Made by a program: the position numbers and the translations under genes
Assembly: GCA_051294375.1 (NCBI GenBank)
Contig: CM119267.1
Span: 17,588,937-17,652,936, forward strand
Direction: 5' to 3'
DNA length: 64,000 nucleotides
DNA from: Paraspadella gotoi
Lineage: Eukaryota; Animalia; Chaetognatha
The notes under the pieces: generated by a model
The model's input: the letters and a program-made list of their open reading frames with translations, nothing else
What the model was told of the DNA's origin: nothing
The model's database searches: none
Shown: positions 10,815 to 20,700 of the stretch, one piece after another
Position numbering within the stretch: position 1 is the stretch's first letter
How the letters are laid out: each line of letters opens with the position of its first letter

Positions 10815-13800
10815 ATGTGTGGCCGTCAAGTATCCCCTCAAGTACGGGAACCGCGCCCGCTCCAAACGAGCCATCTGCGTCAAAATCGCCGGCGCCTGGT
10901 TCGTCTCTTTCGGCGTCGCGGCGCCGCTCTTCGCCATCGCTTCCAGCGACAACTCCTTCGTTTATAGGAGCAGGTGAGAAAAAGTGTTTCGATTGCTGGA
11001 GCGGTCGCCAGGTGGAAATATTGGCGAAAAAAAAAAAACTTCCAAAAAACTACATTTTAAAAACCCTCACCGATTTGCCCAAAAATCAAACCACAGTGCA
11101 CTTCTTAATACTTAATTATGTGGCGGTATATTCACACCGCCTCACGTCCGTCATCCTTCAGCCAAATCCATTGGCTCAGAGGGGGAACACACCATCACAG
11201 GCGTAGTGTTCCATCCACAGTCCTAATGACTTCCCTCTGCGTTGGCAAAGCGAGACCGTCCTGGTGACTGGAATGCGTCACTGAGGGTCGGAAGCCCCCA
11301 AAGCCAACAGTGAGATGCCCCCATCCCAATGGGCATCACAGGCAACCCGGCTGTTGCCATAAGTGGTGAGCCCTACTATCGAACACGCACCTTCTCAGGG
11401 TACGCTACGACAAACGCCTATGCCCTGCCGACTTCGGGGTACGCTACGACAAACGCCTATGCCCCTGGGGTACGCTACGACAAACGCCTATGCCCCACAA
11501 CTCGCGCCTCTTTCTCTCTCTTCTCCCACTATGGTAACAGTCTTGTCAGACACTCTCAGGCTTGAGGAACCTGAGTGATGTCTTGGCCGCGGGATCCTGT
11601 GGCGGTATATTCACACCCGCCTCACGTCCGTCATCCTTCAGCCAAATCCTCATTGGCTCAGGAGGGGGAACACACCATCCCAGGCGTAGTGTTCCATCCA
11701 CAGTCCTAATGACTTCCCTCTGTGTTGGCAAAGCGAGACCGTCCTAGGGAACCGCGCCAGTGACTGGATGCGTCACTGAGGGTCGGAAGCCCCCAAAGCC
11801 AACATTGAAGTGCCCCATCCCAATGGGCATCACAGGCAACCCGGCTGTGCCATAAATACCTTAATACAATTCATATCATGAAGCTTGAAACGGAACGTCA
11901 CCGTAATACTTTTTTTTTTTTTTTTTCATTTTGAATTTTCCGACCAATTCGGTAGTGTGGCACTAATTAACCTGCCCTGAACCCACTCTTCTCGCCCTTG
12001 CAGCAGCAACGGTGACTGCATGCCTCGCAACGCCATCTTTATCGTCACGTCTTCCACGGCCTCTTTCTTCCTTCCGCTCGTCATCATGCTCATAATGTAC
12101 GGCACGACGATCTACATCCTCAAACAAAACGTTAGTCTTTTGTTACATTTATTATCAAATGATGTTATGTTATGTTATGTGATTTTTGGATAATTGACCT
12201 ACCAAACCGCTGGTGAGAGTGATGGAAGCCCTAGGTATTTGAGTCTCTGAAGTTTAGTAACTTTAAAAGTGGGAAAGTTAACTAACAAACTAACCTAAAT
12301 TACAATTAATTCAAAAGAATATTTGACTTCAGGAAAAGGCCAACGAGGCGACGGGAACTAGGCAAGTCGGTCAGTCGCAGATCAGAAAGATCGAAAAGGT
12401 ACGATGTCGAAGAAATAAAGTCACTATTATGGTTATTATAATAAAATGAATATCAATATACTAATTACTATTTTAAAAATAATTCTTGTTTTATTGAATA
12501 GTAAAAATTTTGCTTATTTCCTTCTTTTTCCGTTTTCCCTCGCTCCCTTTCTCTACAGCCCCATCATCCTCTGCGCGCCAAATCTTTGCCCGACGATCCC
12601 GCACGTTCCTCGCCATCTTGGCGCCCAAGATTCCTACCTCCGACTCGCCACGCTCAATCAGTGACGCGTTCCACGGCGACGCCGCCGCAGCAGCCGCGGT
12701 GGAACCGCTTTCGGTCGGCGCGCTCGCCAGCCGAAACGGTTGAGGACCGACGCGGTTTCGGGAAAGAGTTCGCGACATGGCGAACGGGCGGCGCCGTTGC
12801 CGTCGTCGCAGGCGCGGCCGCCGTCGTTTCAACGCCGGAAAACGACGAAGGTGCGAAAGGTAAAAAAAAACTGAGGATAAATTGAAGGTGTTCCGCCGAG
12901 AGACCAATCAAAACAAACGGAGCTAATGGAAAAACAAACAAATGGGAAAGAGGTCGCCTCGGTCGGATTGGGTGATTAAGTTTTCCCGCTAACCTTCGAG
13001 AGGGCGCCGCCATTTTGCCTTTTCACTCGCTTCACGATTGTTTTTGTACCCTCTTTTTGAAATAAAGGGCTTGAATTTTAATTTTGAAGACAGTAGGTAG
13101 TGCATACGGCTAAACCGTATACCAAAAGAGACAATTAGACCAATTCAAAGTTATTTATTCTTCATAATTTATGATTCAACCTTGTCACTCTCAATTTTCT
13201 TTTTTCGAATCAATCAAGAGCTCTATAAATCTATTCATTTTACTTCATTTCAATAGAGATTTCTCTCGCGTAAGCTGCACATCTTCTTGCAAATTTCGTC
13301 GGAAGCTGCAGTATCTCGTCTGCGAAGGCTCCTCAGAGAGCGAGGAACGGGACCGCCGCTGGACGCGCTGAATTGATCGTCGGTGGCGACATTCTTTCGC
13401 TGTTTCTGTGTGGAATTCAAAGCGCGTGTTGCATTATCATGTTTCTCACCTTCAATCAAAGGGAATAAAGGCAACGTATCCTGTGGCCCCAAAATAATCC
13501 CAATAATGTCTTGTGGATTCAAATTTAAAAAATTCTTCGAAATATTCTGGAATAGGGAAGATAAATCTATTGGCTTCAAAATCTAATTGACCTGCTCAGC
13601 TGGGTTTGCATTTTCTTTCTGGTGTTCATTCACATCAGGGACTAAAGGCAATTCATCTTGTGGTTTCAAATTCCCATAATCTCCATATACAGGCACTATA
13701 TCCTGGGGCTTCAAAATACCATAATCTTCTAATAGTGGCAACATATCTTGCGATTTTAAAATTCCATATCGTTCTAATAGAGACAATATATCCTTTACCT

Positions 13801-16800
13801 TCAAAATCCCATAATCTTCTAATCTATGTGATATCCCCTGACTATTCAAAGTCTTATAATTTCCAAATTTTGTTCTGTTTTCATCTTTCTTGCCTGGGTC
13901 TACATTATATTTCTGACTTCCATTCATATTAGGAACTAAGGGCAATACATCTTGTGGTTTCAAAATACCATAATATTCTAATTTAGGCAATAAGTCCTGC
14001 GGCTTCAATATTCCATAATCTTCTAATATAAGCAATATGTCTTGTGGCTTCAAAATCCCATCATTTTGCAATCTACTCAATACGTTTATTAGTCTCAAAA
14101 TATTATCATCAATAAAATTGTTCATGCTCATATCTTTCTCCTTTTTGGCTGGTTCTACATTATTTTTTTGACGTTCATGCAAATCAGGGACCAAAGGCAA
14201 TACATCTTGCGGCTTCAAAATACCATAATCCTCTAATATAGGCAACATATCCTGTGGCTTTAAAATACCGTAATCTAATAAAGACAAAATGTCCTGTGGT
14301 TTAAGGTTAGCCTTCTTCAATATTCTGTCTCGGCAGAAGTTGACGCAATCATCGTTAGAGCGACGCGTAAACTCGACTCGTTTTCTCCCGCGACTCTGTG
14401 TAGAGTGTTTGTTATAAAATTTAGTATCCGATTTTAAACAATAAATTCCGTCGTTAAAAGTCTGAATTATTCTGGAAAAAAATAAAATTATCGCAATACC
14501 CGAAAAGACGTATGGCTTTCCTTTTTCGGGGCCGTTGCCTTCTGATCCTCTCTTACGCGATTGGCGGCGGCTCTGCTTTTCGGGGCCGCCGATCCCGGTG
14601 CGGCCGTGAGGACGACGCAGACGACGACGACGGCGATGAACGACTTCATCGGGATTCTTCGATATATTTTAAATTTATGCGACAATTCTGCTTTCGTTGG
14701 AAAAAAAAAAGTTTAAAAAAATCCTTATGGCGGTAAACTCGCAGATTGTGTTTGTTTGTTTTGGATCGATCTTAAGGGGATTAGTTCTTAATTTAAAAAA
14801 AAATAATAATTAGCCGGTATTGCTAGAGGGGAATCGCTAGTAAGTGCGAGCATTGATTTGCGATTGCGACACGCAACAGGTCTTCAAGGATCGAGTTCGC
14901 TGGAGAGAAAGCGGGACGAAATCTTCGTAGTCGACGTCGCCGGCGAGTTGAGCGTCATCGCCTCCGACGAAGGGTAAGGGGTTTTTTAAATTTTTGTTTA
15001 AATTGTTTTCTTTTATTTACAATAGAAAATTCTTATTACAACACCTTACTGTAGGTCACTGTTATTGTTATTGTTATTGTTTACTCGTTTTTTTTTTTTG
15101 TGGCAGAGAATCCCGTTCTAAATCGAACTCCAACGGGGACGGCGCCTCTAGCGACGGAAAACAAAAGATGACAACGCGACAAAAGGTTAATTTTTTTTTT
15201 TTTAAAACATGACATTAAAACGACCGGGTCTTCTATGGTTAACTTTTAAAAAAAGGCTCGAGACGAGTTAGAAGTATCTCCGGCTGTCGTCGGCAACGCT
15301 GTCATTACATCCCACGTAACTGACGACGCCACGTCGCGAGCTAGCGCCATCTCCGCGATCGTCGTCGTGAAGATGAAACTTGGACGATGGATTCGACGTC
15401 GGCCGAAGATGGCGCGCGTGGCGAGGGATAACGACGACGTCGCGGAAACGTGAGGCCGAAATAGTTCTGGTTTTTACTCTATAACTGATTGTTTTCTGTA
15501 TTGAAGTGTGTCTAGTTGTTTTATGCATTGAATTTATTTAAGCTTATCTAAAAAAAAATTTTTCTCGGTCTGCTTGCAAAAAAAAATTATCCATGTAAAT
15601 ATTTTATATTATATTTTTTTGGACAAATTGATTTTCTTCCCACGATTTTTCTCCCTCGTCGCACTTCAACTCCCCCATTAAGCGCAAATCATCAGGTGGC
15701 AAAAAGTGAAGACTTATATTTTGTGTTTTTTTTTGTGTTTTTTTTTGCTTGACAACTTCACAATCTAAACCATTTGGGAACATCATTTTTAAATTCCAGG
15801 CAATTTCTAGTTCTCTTTCCCTCAGGGATGAATATTTTGGTTTCGCTGTGAATGAAAAAAAATTAGGAAAATCCGAGTCAAATTTTTAAAAAGCTGGAGG
15901 GAAAAAAATAAAAAAAGCTTCCCATATAAAAAGACTACTTGCGAATATCATAAACGAGACTGTGAGAGAGTCTTGATTGAAAGCTTGCAGGGACCTGCTA
16001 TGTCATTATCTTTTAAGAGTGATGGAGGCCTTAAACCACCAAAGCCTGTCCAAAGTCAGGGACAAGATAGCTTATTTATAAAATGAATGGATAATTTTTA
16101 TATTGGTTGTACCAATTTCATATGATTTTAAACCAATTATCCCACTCTCTATCCAATCACTCCTGCACGCCCTCTTCAGTCGCACCCCTCAAGTCGTCGT
16201 CAACGACGCGGACGCCCTCTCTCTCCGCCACAATATCATCGACGACCCGCGATCCTCATCATCTTCCTCATCGAACAAACCCGACGATAGAGCGGCGCCT
16301 TTCGATGGCGCCAACGACGCCGGCGTTCACGGACGTTCTCGGCGTCGACACCATCGGCGACATCGCGGCGTAGGTTTCGACCACACCGCGGCGTCGGCGG
16401 CGCATGGCGACGCCGGCGTCATTAAAGACTCCGCGGCGGCGACTACGGAAGTCGTGCTTCAGTTTCAAGGCGCCGGCGTCTCAAAGACACCGACGCCGGA
16501 AGGCGCCGGCGTCGGAGGCGACGAAGTAGGTGACGACGACGTCTTCGTCGAGGATCGAACGGCGAGGGCGCCGAACGCGGAGTCGGCGACGCTGCGGCGG
16601 ACACGGCTGAACTTGAGTCGGCTGCAGTCGCATCACAAGATGAGGCTGCAGCGGGGGGTTAAGAACGAGAAGAAAGCATCGCAGGTATGGATAATGGAAG
16701 CGGGGCTGTTGAGGGGGTATCGAGAAGAAAAGTTATTTATTGGAATTTTAAATGACTATGTGTTGACTGTCCAGTAAAATTGTAAAAAATGATTTCAAAC

Positions 16801-17116
16801 TGAATTAGATTTAGTCTTAGTTAAATTTCATTGTTTCTTTGCGCAGGTCCTTGGCTTCATCCTGGTAGCTTTCGTCGGCATGTGGTCGCCTTTCTTCATC
16901 ACCTACGTCGTGACGGCCGTCTGCAACTCTTGCACAATCTCTCCAGACTGGATGACGGCATTTGTGTGGTTGGGCTACGCCTCGTCTATGGTCAACCCCT
17001 TTATTTACTCAATGGTAAATAGCACCTTCAGGTCGGCATTCTGGAATATTCTTACCCTCTCCTACTGTAGAAAGAAAAACATGATAAGGAAAGACTTGTC
17101 CAGATTGTATCAATGA
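10815..17116 (+). CDS. Class A aminergic GPCR, 5-HT2 receptor-like, multi-exon, long third intracellular loop; TM1-3 exons not found
   Basis: Exon 10815-10973 reads (R)CVAVKYPLKYG...ICVKIAGAWFVSFGVAAPL (end TM3/TM4). Exon ~12004-12130 reads FIVTSSTASFFLPLVIMLIMYGTTIYILKQ (TM5). The loop ends KNEKKASQ, spliced to VLGFILVAFVGMWSPFFITYV...FVWLGYASSMVNPFIYSMVNSTFRSAF (TM6, TM7 with NPxxY). Resembles vertebrate 5-HT2 motifs recalled from memory. Confidence 0.85.
11119..11854 (+). mobile_element. TRIM-like miniature LTR element E1 (736 bp) in a GPCR intron
   Basis: LTRs 11119-11361 and 11598-11854 (TGTGGCGG...GCCATA). PBS TGGTGAGCCC at 11364-11373. 28-bp repeats at 11398-11425, 11437-11464 and 11468-11495. 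PPT is weak (GGGAT). TSD is imperfect (ATTA left, AATA right). Confidence 0.75.
13250..14649 (-). CDS. Nested antisense gene: secreted repeat protein or putative prepropeptide with about 13 (LEDYG)ILKPQD-type repeats
   Basis: Exon 1 14649-14500 (50 codons, signal peptide MKSFIAVVVVCVVLTAAPGSAA). GT-AG intron 14499-14396. Exon 2 begins SRGRKRVEFTRRSNDDCVNFC in frame with ORF 13583-14320. In-frame TAG at 13585-13583, then the frame stays open to 13250. Confidence 0.75.
15954..16121 (+). mobile_element. Dispersed repeat family A (SINE-like or non-LTR 3' end); duplicate at 4731-4883
   Basis: Core GAAAGCTTGCAGGGACCTGCTATG...GATGGAGGCCTTAAACCACCAAAGCCTGTCC...CAAGATAGCTTATTTA...TATATTGGTTGTACCAATTTCAT recurs at several loci. 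Confidence 0.7.
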
Positions 17117-17737
17117 GCCCAATTGCTTGATCTCTTTTAGATTTTACATTATGTTTCTATCTACCTTTGTCATTACAATTTTGGTACGTCAACATTTGTT
17201 ACGCCTATCAAATAGTGGCACTCATGATCTCAATAGTACTCACTACTCAATGGCAATTAGTAAATGTCAAACGTGAGTTTTCTTTGTTATGAAAGATTTT
17301 AAATACCGCCATTGTTATTTACGGTAATTGTGTTATTTCTGTATTGAAAATAAAAAGTTAAGGATTTGAAAAAAAAATTATTTGTATTTTTTAACACCAG
17401 AATGACAAAAATAAATCATAATAAATAAAAATAACAAAGATTTAACAAAAATACAGTGTTTAATTAGCCTCACAGACTGACCAATTGTAATTCACGAGCT
17501 TCTTTCATGTCCAAAGTTCCAAAGTTCATCCAGTTACTTATGAAACAATCCGCGGTCATTTTACGAAGTCCCAATCGATGTAAATTTCATTTAAAAAAAA
17601 GTAAAAAAAAAAAATTGTCTTTGTCGATTCTTCAAAGATAGTTTAAACAAAATGGCAAATCGTTGGCGAGAATGATTCAAGGAATAAAACGAAACGATAT
17701 AAACTGAAATCATGCAAAAAAAAAAAAAAAGAAGAAA

Positions 17738-20700
17738 TCATTGATCAAGACCGGATATCACGGCGTCCAGACCGGGCATAGGCTCGCGCCAGTAAACAAA
17801 GGAAGAATACTGTTCGCCTTCGAAGACGTAGCACTTGGGAGTGTTGGAGGTCGACGCTCGTTGGCGGCGGTCCTTCGCGGCGGAATCGGCGGCGGAGCCA
17901 AAGGACGATGGAATGTCGACGGGGAAAGAACCGGCAATTCCTGGCACCGAGAGAGACCTCGTCGTCTTTGGCGAGTCGATCAACTGAGAAAACCGGGAGA
18001 GAATTTTTATGACAAAGGTTATGGACTCATGACAAGCATAACAATATATAGCGGCTGGTTTAATCCCCGTTCTTTGATCTTACCTGTAATATTATATTTT
18101 AAAATCGCTTTTAATTTTTACCTGAAGTCTTTTTAAAGCTTTGTTATAAATTTCCGGTAGAGGCGCGATAGCTCCTTTTAAGATTAAGGGAAAGGCGTGA
18201 TCAGCCATTTCGCGAAGGCTCGAGTATCTGTATAAAAAAAAAAATTGGTCGTCGTTCTTTTTTTTCCCCCACTGTTTATGAACAGTGACAACCAATAAAA
18301 CGATTATGAACTAAGTAAGTCACTCACGTCGTTCTGTAATTCTTCATGAGCTCGTGACAAATCTCTCCCCTGGGATTGACGGTGAATATCCTGGCCAATG
18401 GGACGCCCACGGCTCGATACGACGTGACGTCATTGGTTTTGTTGCCAAAACCCGCGAAGAAAGGGGTATTCGCCTCTGTGGGGTTTGGGGAGGGAAGAAA
18501 CACGTTACTAACGTCGTTAGGTTCATTTTTACAGTGAAAGCTTTCTTTTTTATGAATCTAGTTCTGACATTCAAAACCTCGAGATCGTGAGTTTAGATTA
18601 CGTAAATATTGATAATATATTGACTTAGGTATAGCAGACGACAGTCTACAAGTGTCGTTCAACATGATTCTCCACCTGATAGGTTCTCTTCATCCTCGAC
18701 GACTCCCTTTATGGTCATGTCGGCCTCCAGCGTCGGAATCTCCGTCTGTCGCCATGGAAACAACTTGGCGATGTCCTTCAAGCAGCCGATTTTAAATTCC
18801 TCCGGCTTCTTCTCGATAACTTCCCTAAAAAAAAAAAAGAAAATTTAACGAGCGAAAGGTTTTTCGTTTTCCGTGCCACGCCCATTTCTCCTCCGGTCTC
18901 CTCTAACCCAACGATACCGGTGAAACGCGTGAATGAGCGACGAAGGCGACAGAAGCACCGGCCCGTTGGGCAACGCGTTGGACTCCTGACGGACGGATTG
19001 CAAGTAGCTCCTGGTGATTCCCGCCTGGCCGATGGCGCGAGCGCTCAGGTAGATCAGGCGGTATCCGTTGTCGACGATGTGACGGTACAAAGCCGTAATC
19101 CCGTCCTGCGACCAGTCCTTGCCGACTAGGGGGAGGAATTGGCCTGTAAGGCGAAAAAGGAAGTTTAACTTACTTTAACTTAACCAATCAAAGGATATCC
19201 AGACTTACCCAAAACGTCGGACTTGGTGATGGTTCCATCGATGTCCGAGACGATGAGTTTATCGTCCCAATTCCACAAGAAGATGGAGGCTTCGGCTCGA
19301 GACGTTCCTTGATACGAAGTCGTTACGGAGAAGACGACGTCGTTGGCGCCCTCTTTCAGCGGAAGTTTGGCCTGAAGGTAGAGATACTAGGATAAGGATG
19401 TAATATACAATAATAATAATGAATAATGCGTAGAATATAGTATATAGTATAAACGACGCATAGTGCATGAAAACGTTTTATTAATGGCAGCTGCACCGGC
19501 CTCATTACCAACTGCTCCGGAGTGAGTCGAATAGACTTGACGTATTCGCCGCGCTGCTCCGTCGCGTCGGGTGCAGCTGCCGCCTCGACGCTGGAGGAAG
19601 CGAAGTCGTCGTCAACGTCGCTCTCTTGGTGAGTAGGGAGTGTCGATGGGTAAGTTTCCATTGCTGCGAAAGAGAGAGGGCATGAGATATAGAGAGAAAG
19701 CGCTAGAGAGAGAGAGAAATAAAGAGAATCTTACGGGACGTCATTGTAGGAGCACTTGAGGAGAGATATGCTTCCTGGTCGTAGTTGTTGTTGTTGTTGT
19801 TGTTTTCTTCATTCTCGACATTCTCGTCAGTTCTACTTCCCCATGAGAACCAAGACGCCATTCCGCTCGCCCTTTTACGATTTCTAGGGTTCCAAAAGTG
19901 GCGCCGGTTTGGTTGGCGTCGGAAAAAAAGCTAACAAGAATTAAATTGTTGATAAAACTCACGATTGCTCGTTGGTTTCCCCGTCATTTTGAGGTTGGTG
20001 CTTATCGAGAAGCTCGTGGACCGCCTTGGAGGGAAGAGGCCTGAAGAAAAAAAAAACCCGGTGCGAACATTAAAATTTTTTAAAGAAAATTAACGTTAAA
20101 ACGACTTTTTCTAACTCTCTGGATCTCCCACCTCATGTATGCGCCCATTGACAGCAGCATGGGTGCGGCGACGGCCCAGTTGAAATATCGATCCCCGATC
20201 TTAAAGACGAGATCGGGGTTGGCCAAGAATTCGTCGGGGTCGTTGCAAAATTTGTCAAAGGTCACGTGACTGAGCATGAACCACTCGTCGGAGATGGTCT
20301 GTTCGGGATTGGATTGGAAAATCGAGGTAAAACGGAATAAGCGAATTAACGTCTTCTGTCTCTTCTTACGCTGCCACTTTTGAGAGGCCCGCACAAGGAA
20401 AGTTTTATGTCGGGATGGTCAAGCTGACAGCTCGACTGCGAAGGGTTTCGCTGCCTCGAGGTTCGGCTATCTTGGAGCGTTAAAGCGGGTGGGGTTTCGC
20501 TTCTGCAGGGTTCGGTCGAGTCGCCCGCGGCGAGAAGTGCAGAGTAAGGCGCTGTGAAAAATCATAATGGTGATAGAATTTAGCAATTTTGCTATTTCAA
20601 CTTTTTATTATTAAAATTATATTTATACATTTCTAGCGCTTGAAAAACTTGTAAAAATAATGTACAACAACGAATCCAAAAATTATAATTCTTACATTTT

